A stretch of 64,000 nucleotides of DNA from Candidatus Poribacteria bacterium. Its GTDB lineage: Bacteria > Poribacteria > WGA-4E > WGA-3G. The stretch is from the NCBI GenBank assembly GCA_012267415.1, contig JAAXGN010000108.1, positions 157,805-221,804 on the forward strand, in the 5' to 3' direction. Shown here one piece after another: positions 27,316-36,594 of this stretch (its first letter is position 1; every line of letters starts with the position of its first letter). A program made the translations under genes and the position numbers. The notes below the pieces were generated by a model that saw only the letters and a list, made by a program, of their open reading frames with translations, did no database searches and had not been told where the DNA came from.

Positions 27316-28749
27316 TCAATTTTTGGGATACATCGGCACTTCCTTATACCGACTCCACGTTTCTGAGTATATCTTCCAATACCCATCTGCAGGATCTATC
27401 ATCAAGTTTAGCTTTTTTGTGCCAATGTCTGAATAGGCAGGACGACTCCCTGAAGCAGGCATACCCTTGAATTCTTGTAAGAATTCCGCATCAGCAACAG
27501 CTCTATCCCCATTTATGATTAGGTTAGATATCTTTACCTGAATTCCAGCATAACCCAGATTTAACCGCTTCATCTTCTGTCTTAACTGTTTTTTTGTTAG
27601 ATAAGTAGATGTTTCTCTATCTCCTCTCACAGTTACCCGCGTAATGAGTGCCTTTTCCGCATAAAGAGACATATAGGTATCAAGGTCCTTGTCCTCCCAT
27701 GCTTCCTGCCATTTTCCCAGAATCTGACTGACCTTGAGTTGTGTATCCAATGGCGCGTTACCATTAAAAATACCACCTACAGACTCTTCTGTAACAGGTT
27801 CATCAACTAATGGGTCATTCTGTGATATGGGTGGCTCGGTAATATAATCATCACCCATCTCATCGTTGATTATCCGCCATTTTCTAACGAAGAAACCTTT
27901 CTTTTCAATCGTTAACTGACGAGAATGTGTCTCAATGAAGGTACCACTACTGTATACAGATACATTGATATTGTCTACAAGATGTTTCGTCTTAGAATAT
28001 GCCATCGCTTTATATTCAGCTTGGGATAGGTCTACTTCCAATTCTTGGGAGATATGACCGATTGCTAATGTATAGTTCTTTCTCTGTTTCTTTCGTGCAG
28101 ATTTGTCCCAAAGAGAAGTATATTTCTTCTGATCCTGTGTTTCCAAAGCCCTTTTCCATTCTAAAACTAATGGTGCGACAGGACTATCTATACTTTGCTG
28201 TGCAGTGTCTACATCGTCAGAGCCGAACTCAGGCACGTGTGTGGCAATCTCTTCAGAGTCTACTTCATCTCGGACAAGTTTCCAACGTCTTTGAATGAGC
28301 CCGGTTCTTGCGATAGTCAGAGTTCTGGACTGTAGCAGTGGTTCACCGGGGGCATGGATCCAGATCGGAATTTCCTCTATCCTTAGATAGTCCTTCCCTT
28401 GTGGGTCATTACGTGTTCTGTTTTCAGCATCTCGGATATCTACATCAATGTCCAGTTGTTCCTTAAATAACTGAGCGGTATGCTGGTAACCTGCGTTAAT
28501 TTTGTTTCGTGCATTCTTACCCCATAGTTCATCATATTTTTCAATTTCACCAGATTCCAGGGCACTTTTCCACTTAACCAAAAATGCTAATGCTGATTCA
28601 TTAGATCGAGTGAGAAGAAGTCCACAGAACACCAAAATGAAAACTGCACAGGCAATTGCTCCCCATTTTACATAATTTTTGTAATTAAAGTTTGGATAAA
28701 GTGCCTGCTGGCTGTTTTGACCTGATTGAAACGATTGATTGGCATTCAT
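27316..28749 (-). CDS. Hypothetical membrane-anchored protein with three NTF2/SnoaL(DUF4440)-like repeats.
   Basis: N-terminal transmembrane segment. Three repeated W-x-x-A-(L/W)-E...Y-x-x-LW(D/G)K-x-AR-x-K units (VKWKSALESGEIEKYDELWGKNARNK, LEWKRALETQDQKKYTSLWDKSARKK, LGKWQEAWEDKDLDTYMSLYAEKA...GYWKIYSETW). Confidence 0.45.
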   Translation of the reverse strand: MNANQSFQSGQNSQQALYPNFNYKNYVKWGAIACAVFILVFCGLLLTRSNESALAFLVKWKSALESGEIEKYDELWGKNARNKINAGYQHTAQLFKEQLDIDVDIRDAENRTRNDPQGKDYLRIEEIPIWIHAPGEPLLQSRTLTIARTGLIQRRWKLVRDEVDSEEIATHVPEFGSDDVDTAQQSIDSPVAPLVLEWKRALETQDQKKYTSLWDKSARKKQRKNYTLAIGHISQELEVDLSQAEYKAMAYSKTKHLVDNINVSVYSSGTFIETHSRQLTIEKKGFFVRKWRIINDEMGDDYITEPPISQNDPLVDEPVTEESVGGIFNGNAPLDTQLKVSQILGKWQEAWEDKDLDTYMSLYAEKALITRVTVRGDRETSTYLTKKQLRQKMKRLNLGYAGIQVKISNLIINGDRAVADAEFLQEFKGMPASGSRPAYSDIGTKKLNLMIDPADGYWKIYSETWSRYKEVPMYPKN

Positions 28750-28760
28750 AAACTCACTCC

Positions 28761-30104
28761 TTATAATTTTGGTATATTCTCATAGACTTGCCAGGTTTCG
28801 CGATAAATCTTCCATTTACCTGCCACCTGATGTGCCCAAACTTCGCGTATCCATAATTCATATAGTGCGGTATCATCTTCATTTTCGGCAGGTGATACCA
28901 ATCGACTAAATCTGTATGTACCTATTACACTTTCCTGTTCAACTTCAGAAAACGCATCAGATTTTGTCCAAGCAAGTTTGTTCATCTCTCGCAGCTTCGC
29001 TTCAAATTGCGTCTTGTTGAGAGCTGTTGCATTTTCCTTACTCTCTCGTATAACGATATGGTTAGTAGTTACATCAGGTGCATAATAGGCAATATGTGCA
29101 TCCATGTTCTTACTTTTCCAAGTCTTTTCCCAGTTACTTAACGCAGTTTTACCAGCATTTATCTGTGTAGTAGATAGTGAAGTTCTGCCTGTACGAGGGG
29201 TTTTAGCACTGGGAAGTTGCGTTGCAAATGCTCTTGCTTTTTCTGCTTGTCTTCTGACAAATTCTTGATGTTCAACAGCGATATTCTGCTTATTGGATTC
29301 AGTTAGTTTCTGCGTAAATATTTTTGCTTGTTCGCGCATCTGCTTTTTAACTGACTCTGTTTCAGCGATCGCTGCCCGTTTCAAACGACTCTCGGTTTTC
29401 GCTATCGTTTCCGCTGCATCAACCTTAAGTGATAACTTATCTAATTCCAGTCCATAGTTTTTCACATTAATTTCTGACTTATCAAGTCTTGCTTGAAAGG
29501 AATCTAAAGAAGCATTGAGTTCTGCCATTTTTTGGTTATGTGTTTTCTGTTCCTCAATTAACTCCTGTTTATCTGCTTCAAGATTACTGATTGTCGCTTT
29601 AAGTCCAGATTCAGAATCTTGTAGCAACTCAATATCGTTTTCTAAACTGACTATTTTTGTATCCTTTGCCGTTAATTGACTTTTCAGTTCCCCAATTTTG
29701 GCATCTCTTGATAGGATGTTAGAATTTGTTTCTACATCCTTGGTGTTCTGAATAGCAATTCTTGAAGCGATCTTAGCATAAGTGATAGCATTGTTTGCAT
29801 ACTTAATGGCATCAACACCATTCTTACTTCTTTTCGCGTCTTTTGCCTTTTCAAGCTCCGTTTCAGCTTGTTCATAAGTTTCAAAAGCAAGGGACTGTGC
29901 GTTGACTTCTCGTGCAGAAGTTAATGCGGCTTCCGCTTTCAACAGAAGTGGGTCAATATCCTGTAATTGGATCGTGCCTAATTTCCCACCGCAGGCAACT
30001 ATCAGTAAGAGTGAACAAAGCAAACAAAATAACTGTATCCTGTTACCTACTTGGTGTTTTATTAATTGCCTATAGTTCTGTAATGTCGTCATTTTCTTTT
30101 TCAT
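28761..30104 (-). CDS. Lipoprotein with a DUF4398-like N-domain, a long coiled coil and a C-terminal NTF2/SnoaL-like domain.
   Basis: Lipobox LIVACGG. DUF4398-like LLKAEAALTSAREVNAQSLAFETYEQAETELEKAKDA. Heptad-rich middle section. The C-terminus (TALSNWEKTWKSKNMDAHIAYYAPD...GKWKIYRETW) resembles the C-terminus of the adjacent gene. Confidence 0.45.
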   Translation of the reverse strand: MKKKMTTLQNYRQLIKHQVGNRIQLFCLLCSLLLIVACGGKLGTIQLQDIDPLLLKAEAALTSAREVNAQSLAFETYEQAETELEKAKDAKRSKNGVDAIKYANNAITYAKIASRIAIQNTKDVETNSNILSRDAKIGELKSQLTAKDTKIVSLENDIELLQDSESGLKATISNLEADKQELIEEQKTHNQKMAELNASLDSFQARLDKSEINVKNYGLELDKLSLKVDAAETIAKTESRLKRAAIAETESVKKQMREQAKIFTQKLTESNKQNIAVEHQEFVRRQAEKARAFATQLPSAKTPRTGRTSLSTTQINAGKTALSNWEKTWKSKNMDAHIAYYAPDVTTNHIVIRESKENATALNKTQFEAKLREMNKLAWTKSDAFSEVEQESVIGTYRFSRLVSPAENEDDTALYELWIREVWAHQVAGKWKIYRETWQVYENIPKL

Positions 30105-30145
30105 GCATTGACTCCTTTGGTTTATAGTTTCTCTTTTTTATTTAT

Positions 30146-31267
30146 TTAATCCCAATCGAAAATAGGTGATGTTAAAACTCGTGGTTGTGTCGCTCCTGTT
30201 TTCATCTCTATAAGGGACTCTTTGATTGCTTTCGCCCGTACTGTTCCGACGCCTTCTACTTTTTTAAGCGCATTAACATCTGAGGTGATGATTGCATCTA
30301 AGGTATTGAAACGATCAATAATGCTCTCTACTACGGTAATTGGAATCCGTGATACCTGACTCAAGATTCTATATCCACGGGGTTCTAAAATCTCTTCAGG
30401 CCCAATATCGTTTTGCGAATAGCCAAGTGCTTCATAGATGTTCTTCACATCTGACAGCTCTGATACACTCAGTCCAAATAAATCTTCATACACTGCTGTT
30501 ACGTCTCGCGTGTCATCGTTAAAATAATCCCTTATAATGAGTAAGGATCTCTCAATCTCAGTTGCTAACTCAGTAGGAATTAACTGTAATGACAATGCTT
30601 CATTCCCTAATTCTATTCTATATAGATTTAGGTCGTGTTCTGTTCTTCTGACGCGTTCACAAACTTGTATAGCAGTTAAGACATTTGACAATTTGACTGT
30701 CCCACTTAATTCCACCCAGTTTAATGTTGCTAATACGTGCTGCATCGTTTTTGCATATTGCGTAAGCGATAACATCGCTTGATTTGCACCAGATATTAAA
30801 ATGGGACGATCACGAAAGAGATAGTGCTGATATTTTGTATATAAGGTGAGTGTATTCCTACGCCTTGAAACCGCAATCACAATCTCACCAGTTTCTTTAG
30901 CGAACTTTTCTGCTGACCGGTGACGTAAACCGGTTTCATTGGAGGTAATGGATGGATTTACCTTGAGTGTAACATTAGCACGTACAATCCGTTTCATATC
31001 AGATGAAAGGATAATAGCACCATCCATTTTAGCCAATTCGGCAAGACGCGAAGGTAGGTAAGGACAATCTATGCCAAAACCATCCTCAGTAAGCTCCAAT
31101 ACTTCTGGCGAATCACCTACAACGATCAAGCCACCCGTTTTTGCCTGAAGTATGTACTCAATACCATCACGCAGCGCAGTACCGGGGGACAATAACTTCA
31201 ATGTTGCAATGAGTTCTCTTTCTCTAGAATTTTCTGTTGGTACTCTGAGCACTTTCGTCACCTCCAT
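30146..31267 (-). CDS. disA: DNA integrity scanning protein DisA (diadenylate cyclase).
   Basis: Strong motif matches to DisA: SPGTALRDGIEYILQAKTGGLIVVG, ELAKMDGAIILS, SNETGLRHRSAEKFAKETG, PRGYRIL and a C-terminal HhH region (VEGVGTVRAKAIKESL). Confidence 0.9.
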   Translation of the reverse strand: MEVTKVLRVPTENSRERELIATLKLLSPGTALRDGIEYILQAKTGGLIVVGDSPEVLELTEDGFGIDCPYLPSRLAELAKMDGAIILSSDMKRIVRANVTLKVNPSITSNETGLRHRSAEKFAKETGEIVIAVSRRRNTLTLYTKYQHYLFRDRPILISGANQAMLSLTQYAKTMQHVLATLNWVELSGTVKLSNVLTAIQVCERVRRTEHDLNLYRIELGNEALSLQLIPTELATEIERSLLIIRDYFNDDTRDVTAVYEDLFGLSVSELSDVKNIYEALGYSQNDIGPEEILEPRGYRILSQVSRIPITVVESIIDRFNTLDAIITSDVNALKKVEGVGTVRAKAIKESLIEMKTGATQPRVLTSPIFDWD

Positions 31268-31424
31268 CTATAATAACGTAACACATCAGAGAATGGTCTG
31301 TCAAGGGAATCTTAGGTCGGTCATACACAGTCTTAACAACGGTCAAAGAGAATATTCTTGACTTCCTAACCAAAATTATGTATCATGATTTATGTTAGTT
31401 TGTGCAGGAACGCTCCCTTGTTTG

Positions 31425-31560
31425 TTTATATACGGCACACGGAGAGTGCCTACTACTATTAATACGGCACACGGAGAGTGCCTACTACTATTTAATACGG
31501 CACACGGAGAGTGCCTACTACTATTTAATACGGCACACGGAGAGTGCCTACTACTATTAA
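31425..31560. repeat. Four tandem copies of a 33-34 bp unit (TACGGCACACGGAGAGTGCCTACTACTATT(T)AA) that abut the PPIase start codon.
   Basis: The direct repeats are visible at 31431, 31464, 31498 and 31532. Each unit contains a GGCAC...GTGCC inverted pair. Confidence 0.9.
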
Positions 31561-31573
31561 GTTTACAGATGTT

Positions 31574-32068
31574 ATGAAAAAAATTAAAAATGAATCACAA
31601 ATTGTAACGCTTGAAACCGATAAAGGAAACATAATTATTGAACTTTATTCTGAATGTGCGCCATTGACCGTAGCGAATTTTGTTAAATTGATTGAAGCAG
31701 GCTTTTATGATGGTTTAACCTTTCATCGATTTGTAAAGGGGTTCGTTATACAAGGTGGTGACCCGGATGGAACAGGAACAGGTGGACCTGGTTGGACAAT
31801 TCCGGGTGAATTTAAGAAAAAGAAACTCCGAGAATTAATGCCACAACACGAAAAAGGTGTACTGGCAATGGCGCGTAAACCTTCACCTGATTCCGCAGGA
31901 AGTCAATTCTATATCTGCCTCAGTGATGATTCAACTATTTATGAACATCTGAACGGTAACTATACCACATTCGGTCGAGTTATTGAAGGTATGGATGTCG
32001 TTGAATCACTACGAGAAAGGGATGTGATGACACAGGTGTCGGTTAAATTAAACAAAGATTCGGCTTGA
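31574..32068 (+). CDS. ppiB: Peptidyl-prolyl cis-trans isomerase, cyclophilin type.
   Basis: FHRFVKGFVIQGGDPDGTGTGGPGW and MARKPSPDSAGSQFYI. The track ORF begins at 31544 (GTG) inside the tandem repeat. The ATG at 31574 (MKKIKNESQIV...) is the likelier start. Confidence 0.85.
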   Translation: MKKIKNESQIVTLETDKGNIIIELYSECAPLTVANFVKLIEAGFYDGLTFHRFVKGFVIQGGDPDGTGTGGPGWTIPGEFKKKKLRELMPQHEKGVLAMARKPSPDSAGSQFYICLSDDSTIYEHLNGNYTTFGRVIEGMDVVESLRERDVMTQVSVKLNKDSA

Positions 32069-33162
32069 GTATTCTCTATTCTTGGAGTGTTGGAAGGATC
32101 ACATATATGGAAGTATGGAAACAACTTGTTCGTGATACAGTTAATACACCAGAAAAACTTGCTGATAAATTTGACGTGGATATTGAAGAGATGCGACGGA
32201 TACACAAGGAATTTCCTATTCGCATCAATCCTTACTATTTGAGCCTGATAGAAAAACCAGGAGACCCAATCTGGAAACAGGTAGTACCTGATACAAAAGA
32301 ATTGATCAGTACTGGTGTTGAAGACCCACTTGATGAAGAAAACGACAGTGAAGTGCCAAATGTTACACACCGTTATCCAGATAGAGCACTCTTTTATGTC
32401 AATTATATGTGTCCTATCTATTGCCGGTTCTGCACACGAAAACGTAAAGTCGGGGACCCACATTCAATATCTGAAAATAACATAGAAATAGGACTTGATT
32501 ACATCAGATCACACCCAGAAATACGGGACGTCATCATCTCTGGCGGCGACCCACTCATGTTGACTGACAAGAAAATTGACTTGGTAGTTGGTGGGTTGCG
32601 CGATATTGACCATATAGAGATAATACGTATCGGTTCACGTGTACCTGTAACACTGCCACAACGCATTACACCCGAACTGTGTGCAATATTGAAACAGTAC
32701 CATCCTTTCTATATTAATACACACTTCAACCATCCCCGTGAAATAACACCTGAAACTGAAAAGGCATGTGGTATGCTCGCAGATGCTGGAATACCACTCG
32801 GTAATCAAGCCGTATTGCTAAAGGGTGTAAATGATGAACCGGAGACAATGGTCGAATTGATGAAAGAACTCCTACGGATTAGAGTTAAACCTTACTATAT
32901 CTATCAGGCAGACCTTGTTTACGGCACAGATCATTTCAGAACATCAGTTGAAACAGGACTAAAAATCGTTGCCGCATTACGGGGACATATATCCGGCCTT
33001 GGGGTGCCGCATTATGTTATTGATGCACCAGGCGGGGGTGGAAAAATCGCTATAATACCAGACCCTATCGTTACTTTTGATGACGACGAAATACAACTCA
33101 AGAACTATGAAGGTAATATATACAGTTACCCCAGTACACCCTTCTTTGATGAAGACTGGTAA
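32065..33162 (+). CDS. KamA-family radical SAM enzyme (lysine 2,3-aminomutase / EpmB-like).
   Basis: CPIYCRFCTRKRKVGD (CxxxCxxC cluster), GGDPLM and the PLP-binding region. The real start may be the internal Met at about 32107. Confidence 0.85.
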   Translation: MSILYSWSVGRITYMEVWKQLVRDTVNTPEKLADKFDVDIEEMRRIHKEFPIRINPYYLSLIEKPGDPIWKQVVPDTKELISTGVEDPLDEENDSEVPNVTHRYPDRALFYVNYMCPIYCRFCTRKRKVGDPHSISENNIEIGLDYIRSHPEIRDVIISGGDPLMLTDKKIDLVVGGLRDIDHIEIIRIGSRVPVTLPQRITPELCAILKQYHPFYINTHFNHPREITPETEKACGMLADAGIPLGNQAVLLKGVNDEPETMVELMKELLRIRVKPYYIYQADLVYGTDHFRTSVETGLKIVAALRGHISGLGVPHYVIDAPGGGGKIAIIPDPIVTFDDDEIQLKNYEGNIYSYPSTPFFDEDW

Positions 33163-33182
33163 ATTGAGAATGGCGAGAGTGG

Positions 33183-33962
33183 TTACTCCTTCTCTGTATC
33201 CTGCTTATTATCCTTGTTCATAAAAGGAGTCAGTAGATCGATTGGAATCGGGAAGATCACGGTTGAGTTCTTCTCTGCACTGACTTCAACCAATGCCTGA
33301 AGAAAACGGAGCTGCACAGATGTTGGTGTCTGGCTTAATATCTCTGCTGCATTCGTGAGAACCTCAGCAGATTCAAACTCACCTTCAGCGTGCACAACCT
33401 TGGCACGACGTTCACGTTCAGCTTCCGCCTGTTTCGCCATTGCACGTTGCATCTCCGCGGGAAGGTCTACGTGTTTTATCTCCATAGAAAGCACTTCAAC
33501 ACCCCACGGTTCACACTGCTTCTTGATAATATCCTCTAAATCTTTGTTGAGTTTGTCACGCTCAGAGAGTAAGTCATCAAGTTCAGCACGTCCAAGAACA
33601 CTACGGAGTGTTGTCTGTGCAATTTGTGATATAGCAAAACCGAATTCTTCTACCTCAATAACTGCTCTATCCGGTTCTGTGACCCGAAAGGTCAGGACAG
33701 CATTGACACTGACAGAGACGTTATCTTTTGTAATAACATCTTGTGGGGTGACATCGTTAACGACGACGCGAAGACTTACCCTCTGCATACGTTCTATCCA
33801 GAACGGAATCAGTATCACAAGTCCGGGGCCTCTTGACCCCTTAAAACGTCCTAACCTGAATACAACAGCGCGTTCATACTCCTTAAGTATCCTTATACTT
33901 GTAGCAAGCATTATCACTACTACGATCACAATTACAAAATAATATAGTTCAATTGGTTGCAT
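33183..33962 (-). CDS. SPFH/band-7 (stomatin-like) membrane protein.
   Basis: N-terminal transmembrane segment. [18 protein letters not shown]...[15 protein letters not shown]...AERERRAKV is typical SPFH sequence. Confidence 0.85.
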   Translation of the reverse strand: MQPIELYYFVIVIVVVIMLATSIRILKEYERAVVFRLGRFKGSRGPGLVILIPFWIERMQRVSLRVVVNDVTPQDVITKDNVSVSVNAVLTFRVTEPDRAVIEVEEFGFAISQIAQTTLRSVLGRAELDDLLSERDKLNKDLEDIIKKQCEPWGVEVLSMEIKHVDLPAEMQRAMAKQAEAERERRAKVVHAEGEFESAEVLTNAAEILSQTPTSVQLRFLQALVEVSAEKNSTVIFPIPIDLLTPFMNKDNKQDTEKE

Positions 33963-33977
33963 CTAACAACTTCCTTT

Positions 33978-34997
33978 CTACTCTCCAACCCCAGTTATTT
34001 CTCTAATCTTCTGAAAAAATGCCCGTTTTCGTGGTGTGTTGATCTGCCATTGTACAGGTACAGACTGATAACCGTGATGATAGTCATTTTCACCGGGATC
34101 AAAATACCCCCACGACGCGTATTGACTGACAGCAGCCATGCAGTTGTTCATAGGTTTATCAAAGTCAAAATGATCATCTTCATTGAATAGAATAGGCATC
34201 GGGCGATACCTAGGAACATGTCGTGTTTGTTGCACCATTTCAAGAATCCGATTTGGGTCTTTGACACCGTTACCATGCACTAATATAAAATCTGATGCGC
34301 GAACTACGTTCTCATAAGGCACGCGTCCGCCACCGTAGCTTGTACCTGCTAAATAACTTCTGCCGTTGTGTGTTGTTGATCTTACCCGTTCAATCAGTTC
34401 GTGTACTCTTTCAGGTTGCAAGATTTCATGCTTATATCGGACATTACATTCATTATTAACCTCAACGATCACATTCGTCCATTCGTTATCAAAGAGCCAT
34501 TGTGTCGCGTTATCAACAGCAGTGATAACAGCATTCTCATCTGAAAGTCGATGGTCTTGTCCAAAATAGAAATATCCCAGAATAACGACCATACCGAGTT
34601 CATCAGCAAAATCGATGATTCGTTTTAGGCGTGATAGATAATCCGGGTTAAGACTACCGTCCGCTTCTATTCCCGAATTATGCCACGGTTGTGCTTTTGA
34701 ATATCCTTCCGGACTTCCACCCTGTAGGTTGATAGTAAATGCTAACACACCGTGTGCACGCCATGCTGGCATAGCAGAAAGGAACTCCCGAGTATTCCTT
34801 TCAGGATCCCATTTACCAGTATCAGGGTATTCCCAAATGTGAACGGTTTCAACATTCCTATCATCAAAGATACCTTGAACCATGCGACTGTTCATCAACA
34901 GACCTTCTATCTTGTTTCCCTGATAGACTCGACCGGGATAGGTTATTTCTCCGTTAATATAAAATGCATCTTCAACAATACTAACTTCAGTATTCAT
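33978..34997 (-). CDS. Putative glycoside hydrolase with a (beta/alpha)8 fold, GH5-like.
   Basis: 339 aa. VIVEVNNECN carries a candidate NE acid/base motif. It is W/Y/H-rich, as glycosidases typically are. The family assignment is tentative. Confidence 0.4.
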   Translation of the reverse strand: MNTEVSIVEDAFYINGEITYPGRVYQGNKIEGLLMNSRMVQGIFDDRNVETVHIWEYPDTGKWDPERNTREFLSAMPAWRAHGVLAFTINLQGGSPEGYSKAQPWHNSGIEADGSLNPDYLSRLKRIIDFADELGMVVILGYFYFGQDHRLSDENAVITAVDNATQWLFDNEWTNVIVEVNNECNVRYKHEILQPERVHELIERVRSTTHNGRSYLAGTSYGGGRVPYENVVRASDFILVHGNGVKDPNRILEMVQQTRHVPRYRPMPILFNEDDHFDFDKPMNNCMAAVSQYASWGYFDPGENDYHHGYQSVPVQWQINTPRKRAFFQKIREITGVGE

Positions 34998-35033
34998 AGA
35001 ACTCCTTTCTTATAGATGCTGGAATTTTGTTAA

Positions 35034-35984
35034 TTATCGTTCAAAAAGTTTTGTCTGTTTGTCGTCGACGGTGTTGCGGTATTTGCCAACATTCTTGCCT
35101 TTTAATTTACGTTCTTTAAATGTTGTCTGCACATCACGTAAAGCGAGTTCTTCATGAATTTTTGGCATTTCATTTCGTGCTTTTTCCAATCTGTCACATG
35201 TCATTTCCATATATGCTTCGCTTCTGTCAATACCGATATATTTATGTCCTAATAGTTTTGCAGCAACAGCAGTTGTACCGCTCCCAAGGTAAGGATCTAA
35301 CACAATACCCGGTGTATCTGTTCCTAATATTGAAATAATCACACGTGCAGGTAACCATAAGGGAAACGGTGCAGGATGTGGATTCTTTCTTCCGTTTTCT
35401 GGTACGCCGCGCCATATAGATGTCAACTTAGCATCACAGGATTGCAATTCTTTACCGATTAGATGATCACCAATGGGTTTATACAACCAATAAATACGTT
35501 CCTCCTCTACCTGCCAAAACCGCCATCCTCGTATGTTTCCAGCTATCATCCTGTCCCAAATGATTTCCTGTTTTACCGTCCATACTGTTTTGCGCAGCCA
35601 ATCCATAGGATGATACATGTTGCCTTTTTCCCATCGTATTTTGTGATTATAGAAAAACGAGCCTCCTGGTGCGGTTATCCGATAAATTTCATTTAGCACA
35701 TCTACTTGATTTTGTTGGTAGTCAGGTTCAGGCATCGCATCTTTGTAGACATCATACACTACATTTTTTACAAGCCATCCTTTATGCTTTTCTTGTTTGT
35801 TATAGGGTGGCGAGGTGATGCCGACATTGACAACATCATCATCTATCTTACTAAGGACGTTGAGGGTGTCCCCTTCAATGAGTTTCCCATCTCCAAGCGT
35901 GTCAGCAGTAATTTGTATATTCTCCAGTAGATTGTCTTTAAGAAGATGTTGGTCAGCGATATTCATGCCAGATACCTTATCCAA
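35034..35984 (-). CDS. DNA methyltransferase of the beta-class N4/N6 family (SPPY motif), M2 of the R-M operon.
   Basis: VGITSPPYNKQ (motif IV) and DPYLGSGTTAVAAKLLGHKYIGIDRSEAY (motif I / AdoMet binding). The N-terminus is paralogous to M1 (MNIADQHLLKDNLLENIQITADTLGDGKLI). Confidence 0.85.
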   Translation of the reverse strand: MDKVSGMNIADQHLLKDNLLENIQITADTLGDGKLIEGDTLNVLSKIDDDVVNVGITSPPYNKQEKHKGWLVKNVVYDVYKDAMPEPDYQQNQVDVLNEIYRITAPGGSFFYNHKIRWEKGNMYHPMDWLRKTVWTVKQEIIWDRMIAGNIRGWRFWQVEEERIYWLYKPIGDHLIGKELQSCDAKLTSIWRGVPENGRKNPHPAPFPLWLPARVIISILGTDTPGIVLDPYLGSGTTAVAAKLLGHKYIGIDRSEAYMEMTCDRLEKARNEMPKIHEELALRDVQTTFKERKLKGKNVGKYRNTVDDKQTKLFER

Positions 35985-36594
35985 TGATAAATTCTGGAGA
36001 GGGATTTACTAACGACAATGGTATTCTCCACCAAACCTGCCAACTCATTGTCGGATGCAATGTGAATATCACGTTGTGAGAATTGATTTGTTTCCAACTG
36101 GATCTGCTTACATTTTCCCATCCAGCAGGATCGAGTTGACGAAGATAAGACTGGTCTACATATACTATCTGGTAAATATGATGTCTGCCAGTATCATCAT
36201 CTACTTTACGGTAAGGTATGGCGAGAAAATCCGCTCTATCTGTGTTTAGATATTCTGTCATATCCTCAAAATTGCCGTTAAAACGTCCTAACCTATGTCC
36301 TGACAAGACTAAATGGGGAGATATGTGATCGCCAGATTTGATCTGTTTTATCTCGCCAGATTTGATCTGTAATGGGTATACTTCGCCATTCACCCGAACG
36401 CGAATATCTGCTTGGTCATCGTGTCCGCCTTCTTGCCAAGCGGCGTGATGTCCAGCAGTGCTATCTGCTTGAATTGATTTAAATACAAGTTCTTCTAATT
36501 CCCAACCAGAGCAACGTCCTCCGTCAAATAGGTCGTGATATTTTTCCAAGTATTGCCGTAATGTCTGTTCCATTCTTGCTGTTAATCGGTACAT
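35977..36594 (-). CDS. Putative restriction endonuclease, a small ORF between two methyltransferases.
   Basis: 205 aa with no recognisable family. A possible PD-(D/E)xK-like segment is ADIRVRVNGEVYPLQIKSGE. It overlaps M1 by 13 nt and M2 by 8 nt (translational coupling). Confidence 0.45.
   Translation of the reverse strand: MYRLTARMEQTLRQYLEKYHDLFDGGRCSGWELEELVFKSIQADSTAGHHAAWQEGGHDDQADIRVRVNGEVYPLQIKSGEIKQIKSGDHISPHLVLSGHRLGRFNGNFEDMTEYLNTDRADFLAIPYRKVDDDTGRHHIYQIVYVDQSYLRQLDPAGWENVSRSSWKQINSHNVIFTLHPTMSWQVWWRIPLSLVNPSPEFIIG

Noticed and set aside
31425-31560. Possible CRISPR array or the coding ORF 31392-31577 (61 aa).
   Set aside because: The four units abut each other without spacers. 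The 61-aa ORF is just the repeat translated (NTAHGECLLLF x3) and is not a real protein.
33355-33942. 195-aa plus-strand S/T/R-rich ORF.
   Set aside because: It lies antisense to the well-supported SPFH-domain gene.
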